From Gammaproteobacteria bacterium (GTDB lineage Bacteria; Pseudomonadota; Gammaproteobacteria; UBA4575), in NCBI GenBank assembly GCA_965222615.1, contig CBDCUI010000008.1, forward strand, positions 448,001-512,000: 64,000 bases of DNA, in the 5' to 3' direction. The position numbers and the translations under genes are program-made. Positions 9,804-22,511 of this stretch are shown in pieces. The notes under the pieces were generated by a model. The model was not told the DNA's origin. It made no database searches and saw only the letters and a list, made by a program, of their open reading frames with translations. Each line of letters opens with the position of its first letter. Position 1 is the first letter of the stretch.

Positions 9804-11618
9804 ATGAAACCTATTCAACAGTTATCTACACACCTCATTAATCAAATTGCTGCGGGGGAAGTGATTGAAAGACCTGCATCGGTATTAAAAGAGTTATTGG
9901 AAAATGCCTTAGATGCAAAAGCCACAAAAATTTCGGTTGAATTGGATCAAGGTGGCATTACTACGATTCGGGTTAGTGACAATGGGCATGGCATCCCAAA
10001 AGATGAAATTCCTCTAGCTTTAGCGCGACATGCAACGAGTAAAATTTCGTCACTAGAAGATTTAGAACAAATTACTTCTCTTGGTTTTAGAGGTGAGGCC
10101 CTTCCAAGTATTGCATCGGTTTCTAGATTTAAAATTGCATCTAATGTAAATGTAGAAGGAAACGCAGGTTGGTGTGTGACAGGTGAAGGAGGTGAATTTT
10201 CACAAGATCCTGTGCCTGCGCGCCAAGAGTGTGGTACTACAGTTGAGGTAAAAGATATATTTTTTAATGTGCCTGCACGTAAAAAATTTCTACGTACAGA
10301 GAGAACCGAATTACAACACTGTGAAGCGATATTACGCAAAATCGCATTAAGTCGTTTTGATGTAAATTTGACAGCAAAGCATAATGGGCGCGAGAGTTTT
10401 GATTTTCGTTCAGCCAACTCCGAACATGATCGCACACTTCGTTTAGGAAAGATTTGTGGGCGGCAGTTTTCTGAACAAAGTATCTATTTAGAAAATATAG
10501 CTCAGGATGTAAGTATTCGTGGTTGGATTAGTCTGCCGACATTTTCGCGTAGTCAAGCGGATTTACAATATTTTTATGTTAATGGTCGAGTCATTCGTGA
10601 CAAGGTCATAGCGCATGCTATCAAGCAGGCTTACAAAGATGTTTTATATCAAGGCAGATTTCCAGCTTTTGTTTTGTTCTTAGAAATTGATCCTACTCAG
10701 GTTGATGTAAATGCGCATCCAACCAAACACGAAGTACGTTTTCGCCAAGCAAGGTATGTGCATGACTTTATACGCCACACTATTGCCAAAGCCATTGCCG
10801 AGACCATGCCTAAAGTTGAACAACAAGCGGCTCAGCAGTATCGAGAAGTAGTGGATGATTATATCCGTGCAGCACAAGCGCAGAGTTCTTTGCCGCAATA
10901 TGATTATTCTAACGCATCAACGCAAGCACATAGCCAAGTACATGAGGTCGATACAGACTACACAACTACTACACTGCCTGATCCAGTTTTAGAAACCAGT
11001 ACAACAGAGATTGGCTTACCTACTGCAGAACAAGCGCCGCCACTTGGATATGCCATTGCGCAACTGCATGGTATTTATATCCTTGCACAAAATGCAAGTG
11101 GCTTAATTATTGTTGATATGCATGCTGCGCATGAACGGATTGTGTATGAACAACTAAAATGTCAACACCAACAAGGTGAATTAGCTACTCAACCATTATT
11201 AATGCCGCTGACTATAAATGTGAGTCAACAAGAAGCTGATTTATCTGAGCAGTATCAAGATTTATTTTCTAAATTTGGATTTCATATTGAACGCTTTGGA
11301 AATGAAAGCATCGTAGTGCGCGAGATTCCATCACTATTACAGCAGGGCGATGTAAATGAATTGATTAGGGATGTATTGACAGATTTAAATATGTTTGGTT
11401 CATCTGAAAAACTTGAACAGGCAAATAATCAATTGCTTGCAACCATGGCCTGTTATGGTTCGGTTCGTGCACATCGAAAATTGACTATAACGGAAATGAA
11501 TGCCTTATTGCGTGAGATGGAAACCACGGAAAGAAGCGCACAATGTAATCATGGGCGCCCAACCTGGGTGCAATTAAGTGTGGAACAGTTAGATAAATTG
11601 TTTAAACGTGGCCAATGA
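9804..11618 (+). CDS. mutL: DNA mismatch repair endonuclease MutL
   Basis: NQIAAGEVIERPAS, GFRGEAL; endonuclease motifs DMHAAHERIVYE and CNHGRP. Confidence 0.98.
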   Translation: MKPIQQLSTHLINQIAAGEVIERPASVLKELLENALDAKATKISVELDQGGITTIRVSDNGHGIPKDEIPLALARHATSKISSLEDLEQITSLGFRGEALPSIASVSRFKIASNVNVEGNAGWCVTGEGGEFSQDPVPARQECGTTVEVKDIFFNVPARKKFLRTERTELQHCEAILRKIALSRFDVNLTAKHNGRESFDFRSANSEHDRTLRLGKICGRQFSEQSIYLENIAQDVSIRGWISLPTFSRSQADLQYFYVNGRVIRDKVIAHAIKQAYKDVLYQGRFPAFVLFLEIDPTQVDVNAHPTKHEVRFRQARYVHDFIRHTIAKAIAETMPKVEQQAAQQYREVVDDYIRAAQAQSSLPQYDYSNASTQAHSQVHEVDTDYTTTTLPDPVLETSTTEIGLPTAEQAPPLGYAIAQLHGIYILAQNASGLIIVDMHAAHERIVYEQLKCQHQQGELATQPLLMPLTINVSQQEADLSEQYQDLFSKFGFHIERFGNESIVVREIPSLLQQGDVNELIRDVLTDLNMFGSSEKLEQANNQLLATMACYGSVRAHRKLTITEMNALLREMETTERSAQCNHGRPTWVQLSVEQLDKLFKRGQ

Positions 11619-11766
11619 TCGTTCTAAAAATGTACTTTTTTCGCGATAGTTACATCAGCACTGTGCTTAAATTCTCATATAACACTACACTGCACCTACG
11701 TTAAATATTTTCGTCCGCATAGTGCTTCCTTAATTCTCACAAAAAAATTACTATTTTTAAAGACTC
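11617..11766. repeat. Degenerate palindromic miniature element, TIR type C
   Basis: Imperfect terminal IR GTTCTAAAAATGTACTTTTTTCGCGA / TCACAAAAAAATTACTATTTTTAAAGAC; inner IR AGCACTGTGC/GCATAGTGCT; degenerate version of the core seen at 21485, 53638 and 61430. Confidence 0.55.
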
Positions 11767-11808
11767 CTAAAAAATATAATTTTAGATTTAACTAACAATA
11801 GAAATCGA

Positions 11809-12738
11809 TTGAGCGCTATTCCGGTAGTTTTTTTAATGGGCCCAACGGCTTGTGGCAAAACTGAACTCGCATTTAAAATTTATGAGCAGTTTTCATGTGA
11901 AATAATCAGCGTCGATTCCGTAATGGTATACCGTGGTTTGGACATTGGTTCTGCCAAACCAAGTAAAGAAGTATTACAAAATTATCCGCATCATTTAATT
12001 GACATTCTTGACCCAAGTGAGTCGTATTCAGCAGCTTGTTTTCGAGCGGATGCCTTGCAGTTAATCAGGGAAATCCATGCCAGAAACAATATGGCATTGT
12101 TGGTGGGTGGCACGATGTTGTACTTTAGTGTGCTGCAATGGGGCTTGTCACAAATGCCCAGTGCAAATGCCGCAGTGCGTAAAATGTTAAGTGAACAAGC
12201 AGAGCTAAAAGGCTGGGAATCCATGCATGCTCGACTTAATGAAGTTGATCCGCAAGCTGCTGCACGGATTCATCCAAATGATCCTCAACGTATTCAACGG
12301 GCATTAGAAGTTTATGAATTAACAGGTATGCCGATAAGTACCTGGCATGCAAAACATAAAAAGCCTGTTCAGTCGTTGAATGCACTAAAGATAGCTTTGC
12401 TACCCGCCAGCCGAAGCTTGCTGCACCAGCGTATCGAATATCGCTTTCAATGTATGCTTGAAGAGGGTTTTATGGATGAGATGAAGTGGTTTTATCAGCG
12501 TGATGACATGCATCCCGAGCTTCCCGCAATGCGCTCAGTGGGCTATCGACAAGCTTGGAGACACCTAGATGGTGAGTATGATTACAAAACAATGTGTGAA
12601 AAAGTGGTAATCGCGACACGACAACTTGCTAAACGACAGCTTACTTGGTTGAAAAATGAAGTTGGTCTGACGAGTATTTCTGCTGAGAAGTACGATATTC
12701 ATGACGTTTGTCATAAAATTCACTCACATATAGACTGA
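11809..12738 (+). CDS. miaA: tRNA dimethylallyltransferase
   Basis: GPTACGKT, SVDSVMVYRGLDIGSAKP, VGGTMLY, TRQLAKRQLTW. Confidence 0.97.
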   Translation: MSAIPVVFLMGPTACGKTELAFKIYEQFSCEIISVDSVMVYRGLDIGSAKPSKEVLQNYPHHLIDILDPSESYSAACFRADALQLIREIHARNNMALLVGGTMLYFSVLQWGLSQMPSANAAVRKMLSEQAELKGWESMHARLNEVDPQAAARIHPNDPQRIQRALEVYELTGMPISTWHAKHKKPVQSLNALKIALLPASRSLLHQRIEYRFQCMLEEGFMDEMKWFYQRDDMHPELPAMRSVGYRQAWRHLDGEYDYKTMCEKVVIATRQLAKRQLTWLKNEVGLTSISAEKYDIHDVCHKIHSHID

Positions 12739-12833
12739 TCGAGCTGGTACACTATCATTTTTGAGTGGTAGACATAGTAATGTTGGTAACTCAATAATAG
12801 ACAAAAATAACAATAACTAGAGGTGTTACAGTA

Positions 12834-13067
12834 ATGTCAAAAGGCCAAACTCTCCAAGAGCCCTTTCTTAATGCATTGCGAAAAGAAAAAATCCCGGTCG
12901 CAATATATCTGGTAAATGGAATTAAACTACAAGGCCAGGTTGATTCATTCGATCAATTTGTTGTGTTGCTTAAAAATAGTGTAAACCAAATGGTGTACAA
13001 GCATGCCATTTCTACAATAGTACCTTCAAGGATGGTTAAAATACCCTTTGATGAGCAGCCTGAATAA
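12834..13067 (+). CDS. hfq: RNA chaperone Hfq (short C-terminal tail)
   Basis: [30 protein letters not shown]. Confidence 0.99.
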   Translation: MSKGQTLQEPFLNALRKEKIPVAIYLVNGIKLQGQVDSFDQFVVLLKNSVNQMVYKHAISTIVPSRMVKIPFDEQPE

Positions 13068-13106
13068 GTATATTTTTAGTATTGCACTTTTCACTGGAGT
13101 GACTGT

Positions 13107-14390
13107 TTGTTTGAGCGTCCAGATATAGGTCAACGCGCAATTCTTGTTCATGTACGTTTTCGCAGTGCGTCCAATAATCAAGAGATCAACGAGTTTAAGG
13201 AATTAGTTAAATCTACAGGCGCAGAAATTGCTACGGTTATCACCGTACAAAGGAACACACCAGATGCCAAGCTTTTGATTGGAAGTGGTAAAGTAGCGGA
13301 AATTGGTGGCCTGGCACGTTCCCTAGATGCAGATATCATTATCTTTAATTATTCATTATCACCAAGTCAGGAACGTAATGTAGAAAAAATATGTAAGAGA
13401 CGCGTATTAGATAGAACGGGATTGATACTGGATATTTTTGCTCAACGAGCACGATCTTATGAGGGTAAATTACAAGTAGAGCTGGCACAATTAAAATATT
13501 TATCTACTCGGCTTGTGCGTGGTTGGAGTCACTTGGAGCGCCAAAAAGGTGGCATCGGTCTGCGTGGACCAGGTGAAAAACAACTTGAATCAGATCGACG
13601 TTTACTTCGACAACGTATAAAACAAATTTCTAAACGCTTGGATAAGCTGCGTGCACAACGCGATCAAAGTCGAGCAGCAAGAAGGAAAACAACAACTCCT
13701 ACTGTTGCAATCGTAGGTTACACCAATGCAGGCAAGTCTACACTGTTTAATACATTAACTAACTCTAGTGTTTATTCGGCAGATAAATTATTTGCAACCT
13801 TGGATCCAACATTACGTCGATTACAAATATCTAAGGGACAATATGTAGTGCTGGCTGATACAGTAGGATTTATTCAAGATTTACCGCATGATTTGATCGA
13901 ATCCTTTCATGCTACTTTGCTAGAAACTCAAGAAGCAGATTTGATTTTACATATCGTTGATGCAAGCGATGAAAATCGTGACAATAATATTGAAGAAGTT
14001 GAGTCTGTACTTAAACAAATCAATGCTTCTGAAATTCCTCAAATTTTGATTTATAACAAGATAGATCAAATCAATATGCTGTCCAATGTGCAATTGGATC
14101 AAACTGGAAACATACAGCAAGTTTGGATTTCAGCGTTACGAAGTCAAGGTTTGGACCTTTTAATTAAAGCGCTTCGGCAGAATTTTGATTTCAAAACGAA
14201 ACGAATTTGGCTACGACTACCACCTTCAGCAGGCTATTTGCGTAGCGATTTATATGATAAAGATGAAGTTGTACAAGAATTTGCAGATGATGAGGGATAT
14301 TGGCAGATTGAAGCTGAAATTCCCATGCATAGGCTTAAAAGATTTGTGGGATTTCAAATTCCTCCACAGTCAAAGCAACTTGCTAGCTAA
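13107..14390 (+). CDS. hflX: Ribosome-associated GTPase HflX
   Basis: GYTNAGKST, DKLFATLDPT, DTVGF, NKID. Confidence 0.97.
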   Translation: MFERPDIGQRAILVHVRFRSASNNQEINEFKELVKSTGAEIATVITVQRNTPDAKLLIGSGKVAEIGGLARSLDADIIIFNYSLSPSQERNVEKICKRRVLDRTGLILDIFAQRARSYEGKLQVELAQLKYLSTRLVRGWSHLERQKGGIGLRGPGEKQLESDRRLLRQRIKQISKRLDKLRAQRDQSRAARRKTTTPTVAIVGYTNAGKSTLFNTLTNSSVYSADKLFATLDPTLRRLQISKGQYVVLADTVGFIQDLPHDLIESFHATLLETQEADLILHIVDASDENRDNNIEEVESVLKQINASEIPQILIYNKIDQINMLSNVQLDQTGNIQQVWISALRSQGLDLLIKALRQNFDFKTKRIWLRLPPSAGYLRSDLYDKDEVVQEFADDEGYWQIEAEIPMHRLKRFVGFQIPPQSKQLAS

Positions 14391-14474
14391 CTAGCTGATT
14401 TTTTCTAGTGACTTGATAGAATGCTAGGCAGCATAAATAAAAATTAATTCTGAAAACGTTCTCGGAGTAAAGCC

Positions 14475-15617
14475 ATGCCTTGGAATAGCCCAGGAGGCAA
14501 TAAAGACAATGACCCTTGGAGTCAGAATTCTGGCAATCAGGGTCCCCCAGATTTAGACGAAATATTTCGAAATTTAACTAAGAAGTTTGGCGGAATTTTT
14601 GGTTCGGGTTCATCCGGTGGTAGTAGTGGTAGCAAGGGAAGACCCAGTGCGTCCATGCTGTCATTTATTGTGATAGCGGGGCTTGCGGCTTGGGCCCTTA
14701 CGGGATTTTACACCGTGCAACAGCCCGAAAGAGGTGTAGAACTCAAATTTGGGAAATACAAACGAACCACTACGGCTGGTTTAAATTGGCATTGGCCGTT
14801 TCCGATCGAGAAAGTTGAAAAAGTAAATGTGGATGTCGTGCGGGAAGTATCACACAGAACTTCAATGCTGACACAAGATGAGAATATTGTTGAAGTTTCA
14901 TTAGAAGCGCAATACAAAATTAAAAGCGCTGAAGATTATAAATTTAATTTAAGAGATCCAGATGTTACCGTTAAGGATGCAATGGAAAGTGCCGTACGCG
15001 AGATTGTTGGGAAAAGTACTATTGATTTTGTACTGTTTGAAGGGCGGGAACAGATATCAAGTGCAACGCGAGAACTTCTACAAGGAATTATGGATGTATA
15101 TGGTGCAGGGATTTACATTCAAAAAGTAAACTTAGAGGAATCCCAACCGCCGGAGCAAGTGAAAGCCGCGTTTTCAGATGCAATTAAATCACGTGAAGAT
15201 CGTGACCGGTTTATCAAAGAGGCGGAAGCCTATGAAAATAGTATCATCCCGCAGGCACGTGGTGAGGCGTCAAGAATTTTGCAGGAAGCTCAAGCGTACC
15301 GTGATCGAGTAGTTGCAAATTCTGAAGGTGAAGCCAAACGCTTTTTGAAATTATTAACAGAATATGAGAAGGCACCCGAAGTGACGCGCGAACGTTTATA
15401 CCTTGAAGCAGTAGAATCGGTATTTTCTAACAGCAATAAAGTATTAATGGACGTCGAAGGAGGGAATAATTTACTTTATTTACCGCTTGATCAAATAATG
15501 AAGCCGCGTTCGATGAGTCCAAATGCTGCCCAAGATGTATTTACTTCTGACAAATTTGGCTTAAGCAATAAACAAAATAGTTCGGGGCGACCCGAGCGTG
15601 GTAGAGAGGGTCGCTAA
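14475..15617 (+). CDS. hflK: FtsH modulator HflK
   Basis: MPWN..GPPDLDE N-terminus, TM, SPFH domain, APEVTRERLYLE. Confidence 0.97.
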   Translation: MPWNSPGGNKDNDPWSQNSGNQGPPDLDEIFRNLTKKFGGIFGSGSSGGSSGSKGRPSASMLSFIVIAGLAAWALTGFYTVQQPERGVELKFGKYKRTTTAGLNWHWPFPIEKVEKVNVDVVREVSHRTSMLTQDENIVEVSLEAQYKIKSAEDYKFNLRDPDVTVKDAMESAVREIVGKSTIDFVLFEGREQISSATRELLQGIMDVYGAGIYIQKVNLEESQPPEQVKAAFSDAIKSREDRDRFIKEAEAYENSIIPQARGEASRILQEAQAYRDRVVANSEGEAKRFLKLLTEYEKAPEVTRERLYLEAVESVFSNSNKVLMDVEGGNNLLYLPLDQIMKPRSMSPNAAQDVFTSDKFGLSNKQNSSGRPERGREGR

Positions 15618-15618
15618 T

Positions 15619-16482
15619 ATGAATATAAAAATAATTATAGGAATACTCATAGCGATCATTATCGCGTCTTGGGCTTTTGTTTTCCAAGTGGATCAAAGAC
15701 AAAAAGCAATTAAATTGCAATTTGGTGAAATAAAAGACGCAACACTTGCGCCAGGGCTGCATTTTAAATTACCCGTTGTAAATACTATAGAAAAGTACGA
15801 TTCACGTATTCTTACCTTAGATGTTCCGCCAACCGAATTTCCTACCAGTGAGAAAAAATACGTTAAAGTAGATTTTTACGCGAAATGGCGAATTTCGGAT
15901 GTAGAGGAATATTTCAAGGCAACAAGCGGGCAGGAGTCACAAGCCAATCAGCGTTTAGAATTGATTCTTGTTAATGGGTTAAAGAACGAATTTGGTAAGC
16001 GTACTATACAAGAGGTTGTATCAGGGGAGCGCAGTGAAATTATGGATGTCATTCAAATTCAATCGAATGAAGATTCTAAAAACTTTGGTATAGAAGTAGT
16101 TGACGTTCGAGTCAGTAAAATTGATCTTCCTGATGATGTGAGTGAATCTGTATTTAATCGAATGCGTGCGGAACGAGATCGTGTAGCTAAAGATTTTCGT
16201 GCACGAGGAAAAGAACAGGCTGAAATCATTCGTGCAAAATCAGATAAGGAACGAACAGTAATTCTAGCGAATGCTTACAATGAAGCGGAACAGATTCGCG
16301 GTGATGGAGATGCGCGATCCGCAAAGATTTATGCTGATGCTTATACTAAAAACGAAGAATTCTACAGTTTTACTCGGAGTTTAAAGGCATATACCAATAC
16401 CTTTAATCAAAATGGTGATGTGTTGGTTATTGAGCCGGACTCTGATTTTTTCCGATATTTTAAGAAATCAGAACAAGAATAA
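15619..16482 (+). CDS. hflC: FtsH modulator HflC
   Basis: PGLHFKLP, RMRAER, EFYSFTRSL, PDSDFFRY; ATG 1 nt after the hflK stop. Confidence 0.96.
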   Translation: MNIKIIIGILIAIIIASWAFVFQVDQRQKAIKLQFGEIKDATLAPGLHFKLPVVNTIEKYDSRILTLDVPPTEFPTSEKKYVKVDFYAKWRISDVEEYFKATSGQESQANQRLELILVNGLKNEFGKRTIQEVVSGERSEIMDVIQIQSNEDSKNFGIEVVDVRVSKIDLPDDVSESVFNRMRAERDRVAKDFRARGKEQAEIIRAKSDKERTVILANAYNEAEQIRGDGDARSAKIYADAYTKNEEFYSFTRSLKAYTNTFNQNGDVLVIEPDSDFFRYFKKSEQE

Positions 16483-16506
16483 TCATCCCTTAGCTAGCTT
16501 GAATTC

Positions 16507-16701
16507 ATGTGGAATGACATACTGGTTGCAGTTGCACTTGTGCTGGTGTTTGAAGGTATTATTCCATTTCTAGTTCCAGATAAATTCAGGCAAGCACTCG
16601 CTCAACTCAGTCAATTACCAGATCAAGCGCTTCGTGTAATGGGTTTGGTGAGTATGATACTCGGGATCATTTTTCTTTATATTCTTAGGCTTGTTAACTA
16701 A
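16507..16701 (+). CDS. DUF2065 (YjeT-like) small membrane protein
   Basis: ALVLVFEGIIPFL..LRVMG motif; position after hflC. Confidence 0.9.
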   Translation: MWNDILVAVALVLVFEGIIPFLVPDKFRQALAQLSQLPDQALRVMGLVSMILGIIFLYILRLVN

Positions 16702-16704
16702 TTT

Positions 16705-17889
16705 ATGAGTAGAGAAGATCGTTGGTTATTACCTGAAGGAATAGAAGAGTCGTTGCCTGATGAGGCGGCATGGCTTGAACATTATCGTCGCACATTGCTC
16801 GATATGTTTTCCACTTGGGGCTATGAATTGGTCATAACGCCATTAATAGAGTATTTAGATTCATTATTGATTGGTCCAAGTGATGATTTAGATTTACAAA
16901 CTTTTAAATTGACCGATCAGCTTACCGGGCGAATGATGGGTGTGCGTGCCGATATGACATCACAAGTTGCGCGTATTGATGCACACATGTTAAAACGAGA
17001 TGCGCCCACGCGTTTTTGTTATTTAGGTACTGTGTTGCATACGCGCCCAAGTGGTCGTGATTTAACACGCAGTCCACTTCAGCTTGGTGTTGAACTATAT
17101 GGTCATTCTGGGATAGATAGTGATTTAGAAGTTATTGCCTTAATGCTCGAGGCATTAAAGCTTGTTGGTATCAAAAATATTTGTTTGGATTTAGGCCATG
17201 TTGGAATTTTTACTGGCTTAGTGCAACAGGCTGGTTTAAATGAGAATCAGCAAAAAACATTACAAACATTGTTACAACAAAAAGCTTTACCTGAGTATGA
17301 ACATTATTTATCTAAATGTGCGTTAACAGAAGAGTGGCAAGAAATATTAGTGTCACTTTCAGATCTCAGTGGTGATGTAGGCATAGTTGAACATGCGAAA
17401 AAAGTTTTACAAAAAACTAATGACTCTGTAATTGAAAATATAAATTATGTTGAAGAGCTTGCTAAGCGTGTGCACCAACTTTACTCAGATATTCAATTAC
17501 ATTTTGATTTTGCTGCATTAAGTGGTTATCGCTATCAAAATGGAGCAGTTTTTGCGGCATATATATCTGGTCAGGGTGAGCAAATAGCGCGTGGTGGGCG
17601 TTATGACATGATTGGCGAAGTATTTGGACGTTCTCGCCCCGCGACTGGATTTAGTTTAGATTTAAAAGAACTTGCAAAAATTTCGCCCAATACATGTAAA
17701 ACCATACGAGGCATATATGCACCGAACGTAAATGATGAAGAATTACGTAATAAAATAGCTCAACTAAGAGGGCAGGGTGAACGAGTAATCTGTGAATTAC
17801 AGAATCAGCATGGTGATGCAGCAAACATGAATTGCGATCGTGTTTTAGAAAAAGAAAATCAACAATGGATAGTCAAAGAAGTAAAATAA
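16705..17889 (+). CDS. hisZ: ATP phosphoribosyltransferase regulatory subunit
   Basis: WLLPEGIEE, RADMTSQVARIDAH, GGRYD, RPATGFS; upstream of purA. Confidence 0.95.
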   Translation: MSREDRWLLPEGIEESLPDEAAWLEHYRRTLLDMFSTWGYELVITPLIEYLDSLLIGPSDDLDLQTFKLTDQLTGRMMGVRADMTSQVARIDAHMLKRDAPTRFCYLGTVLHTRPSGRDLTRSPLQLGVELYGHSGIDSDLEVIALMLEALKLVGIKNICLDLGHVGIFTGLVQQAGLNENQQKTLQTLLQQKALPEYEHYLSKCALTEEWQEILVSLSDLSGDVGIVEHAKKVLQKTNDSVIENINYVEELAKRVHQLYSDIQLHFDFAALSGYRYQNGAVFAAYISGQGEQIARGGRYDMIGEVFGRSRPATGFSLDLKELAKISPNTCKTIRGIYAPNVNDEELRNKIAQLRGQGERVICELQNQHGDAANMNCDRVLEKENQQWIVKEVK

Positions 17890-19700
<1,811 letters not shown>

Positions 19701-19702
<2 letters not shown>

Positions 19703-20690
19703 GGGCCTGAATAATAAAACATTTTTAATTGTTGGTGGTGCAGGTTATATTGGCTCACATATGACACTTATGCTTCATGAGTTGGGTCATCAAGTAATCG
19801 TTGTGGATAATTTGTCTACTGGCTTTGAGGATGCAGTAATCGGCGCTGAATTAATTTGCGCTGATATTCAAGACTATGCAATGCTCGATCAGCTTTTTAA
19901 GGGGCGCGATATTGATGTCGTGATGCACTTTGCGGCACATATCGATGTGGGCGAATCCGTTCGCGATCCATTTAAATATTACCGTAACAATGTAGTCGCG
20001 ACACAGACTTTGCTGGAATGCATGGTTGCCAACGAGATAAATAATTTTGTGTTCTCATCTACCGCGGCAATTTTTGGTGAACCTGAATATGTGCCTATTG
20101 ATGAGACTCATCCTAAATCTCCAATCAATCCATATGGGCATAGCAAGCTCATTGTTGAGCAGATGTTGGAGAGCTACGATCAAGCCTATGGACTTAAATC
20201 GATATGTCTGCGTTATTTCAATGCAGCCGGAGCAGATCCAAAAACCAGATTAGGTGAAAGGCATGATCCGGAAACACATTTAATTCCTTTAGTGTTGCAA
20301 GCCGCATCAGGAAGGCGTGAATCCATTAGCATATTTGGTGACGACTACGACACGATGGATGGTACTTGTGTGCGAGACTACATTCATATCCTAGATTTGT
20401 GTAAGGCGCATTTACTGGCAACTGAATACATGTTGCAAAAGAGTGCAAGTGGGCAATTTAACTTAGGTAATGGAAGTGGCTATACAGTCAAACAAGTAAT
20501 CGACACGGTGAAAAAAGTAACCAATAAAAATTTAAATGTGAATTTAGCAACTAGGCGAGATGGTGATCCTGCAAAACTCGTAGCTGATGCAACGCTTGCC
20601 AAGCAAACGCTTAATTGGTCAACGGATTACCCTGCTTTAGAAGAAATAGTAGAGCATGCATGGAAATGGGAGCTTAAATATAGGGCTTAG
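19701..20690 (+). CDS. galE: UDP-glucose 4-epimerase
   Basis: GGAGYIGSH, FSSTAA, PYGHSK, LRYFNAAGA, DGTCVRDYIH. Confidence 0.96.
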
Positions 20691-20940
20691 CCTTTGATAA
20701 ATAAAAATCAAACCATAAAAAATTACCTATATTTAACAACTGCTTATATACAATCGAATAATTCCTTCCTTATTTTTTCCATAATTGGAATGGGAATCTT
20801 TGGCTCGATAGCTGAGTCTCAACCTCTAACACAGATATATTTTGAATAATTCTATGTAGACAACATAACTGTGTAAACGAAACACGTTATTGAACGTTTT
20901 AATGATTAATCAGTACTAATTTATTGTGGAGGGATTTGTC

Positions 20941-21408
20941 ATGTATAGGAATTTGATGTTATCTATCATTTTTGCTGGCAGTGTATTTTTAAGTGGTTGT
21001 GCAACCTATCATCCGCCGAATAAAGAAACGCAAGCCACTGTAGCAGGTGGTGTTATCGGTGGAGTGTTAGGCTCTACCATTGGCGATGGGCGAGGGCAGG
21101 TATGGGCTGCGGCAACAGGTACTTTAATTGGTGCACTTGTGGGCGCACATGTTGGACGACAACTGGATGAGCTGGATCGTCGTCGTGCAGGATATACGTT
21201 AGAAACTGCACGTACCGGTACTTCAAAAGGATGGGTCAATCCAGACTCTGGAACTGAATATAGAGTGACTCCTACGCGTACTTATGACTCAGGTTATGGA
21301 ACCCCGTGTCGTGAATTTACTATGGATGCGGAAGTTGGAGGCCGAGTAGAACAGGTCTATGGAACTGCCTGTCGACAAGCCGATGGTAGTTGGAAGATGC
21401 AAGCATAA
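20941..21408 (+). CDS. Glycine-zipper lipoprotein, 17-kDa surface antigen-like
   Basis: Lipobox LSG-C, glycine zipper, WVNPDSG, PCREF..GTACRQADGSW. Confidence 0.88.
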   Translation: MYRNLMLSIIFAGSVFLSGCATYHPPNKETQATVAGGVIGGVLGSTIGDGRGQVWAAATGTLIGALVGAHVGRQLDELDRRRAGYTLETARTGTSKGWVNPDSGTEYRVTPTRTYDSGYGTPCREFTMDAEVGGRVEQVYGTACRQADGSWKMQA

Positions 21409-21451
21409 CTGAGGAAAGCCCAGTAACATGGGCAAATGACATGGAGTGTTT

Positions 21452-21480
21452 AAAAAGCCCCGCATAGGCGGGGCTTTTTT
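21452..21480 (+). terminator. Rho-independent terminator, probably bidirectional
   Basis: AAAAAGCCCCGC-ATAG-GCGGGGCTTTTTT. Confidence 0.9.
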
Positions 21481-21484
21481 ATCT

Positions 21485-21700
21485 AAGGAAGTTCTGATTT
21501 ATTCTGATATGTCCCTAAAAAATTGATTATGGAAAATGTCTCGAGGTGCTCATGTATTTGCCTATACATTCCGCATTGACTCGCACCTTCCTGGTGCTCG
21601 GCCTACGGCTAGTAAAGCTTCCCAAATCTGCTCCCGGCAGATTTGTCTCGACATTTTTTGCCTAATTTCAGTCACTACGTTAATAAATCAGAGCTTCCTT
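21485..21700. mobile_element. MITE-like palindromic element, TIR type A, with nested ~70-bp insert
   Basis: TIRs AAGGAAGTTCTGATTTATT / AATAAATCAGAGCTTCCTT (1 mismatch in 19); colinear with 61430-61564 apart from an insert at about 21576-21645. Confidence 0.8.
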
Positions 21701-21736
21701 TAAGTGTAGAAGCAGAAATAGGTTTTGTTATAGAGT

Positions 21737-22291
21737 TTAAATTGTGTCTTGTTTCATGTGTTGGGCAAGCCAGGATTTAATTGCCCAAGGATATACTTCT
21801 TCAGACTTCGTTATGTCACTCCATCCATGCTCTATGTAATACTGATACACATCTGTGTCATGAATACATTGTACTTGAGTGGGTTTATTGCTTTGATTGA
21901 TACCAGTAGTATCAGATTCAACACGAAATGCATAAAGATCTGGTGAAGTTTGATCCTCTTGGTCTTTATACACAATAGTTAAATACGAGAACTCAGCATC
22001 TTTACGATGCAGTAATTTGTAGTCATTTATTTCCCACTTTTCTGCAGAATCATTTGCACTATTCTCCGTGATCATTGTGTCTTCTTTTTCGAATTGTTTG
22101 AAATAGTTACTAAACTCATCATCAGGTAAGTCGGATACAGAAAGCTCCAAGCCTTCTGTCCTGCGATCACCTTTCAAACGTCGATTTTTCTCAACGGTTT
22201 TACCATTATTATCTTTCAATGGAAAAGACACATTTTGACTATCATCTGTACGCCGGTCTTTTCCAGAGCGCCGATCATATTTAAGTTCCAT
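21737..22291 (-). CDS. Hypothetical protein with two N-terminal RRxxxDRR motifs
   Basis: DRRSGKDRR and NRRLKGDRR; rest unrecognised. Confidence 0.7.
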   Translation of the reverse strand: MELKYDRRSGKDRRTDDSQNVSFPLKDNNGKTVEKNRRLKGDRRTEGLELSVSDLPDDEFSNYFKQFEKEDTMITENSANDSAEKWEINDYKLLHRKDAEFSYLTIVYKDQEDQTSPDLYAFRVESDTTGINQSNKPTQVQCIHDTDVYQYYIEHGWSDITKSEEVYPWAIKSWLAQHMKQDTI

Positions 22292-22511
22292 ATCTTTTCG
22301 CCTTAGTAATATTCACCACAACAAAAGTACGTAAAATAATACCAGTCAAGCAAACATTAAGTGTGAACTCATTCACATCAGGTAATCCATTTAGCTGGGT
22401 AATTACACCTTTAGGAACTACAAGTCGTATTGTCGTTCAAAGTCGAGTTGGGTTATAAAGAAACTCATTTCTTTAAAATTTAAGTAATGAGATAAATCAG
22501 TGATGTACAAA

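Noticed and set aside
21409-21451. Csr/Rsm-type sRNA suggested by GGA motifs before the terminator
   Set aside because: Only two GGA motifs in 43 nt; explained as an ordinary 3' UTR
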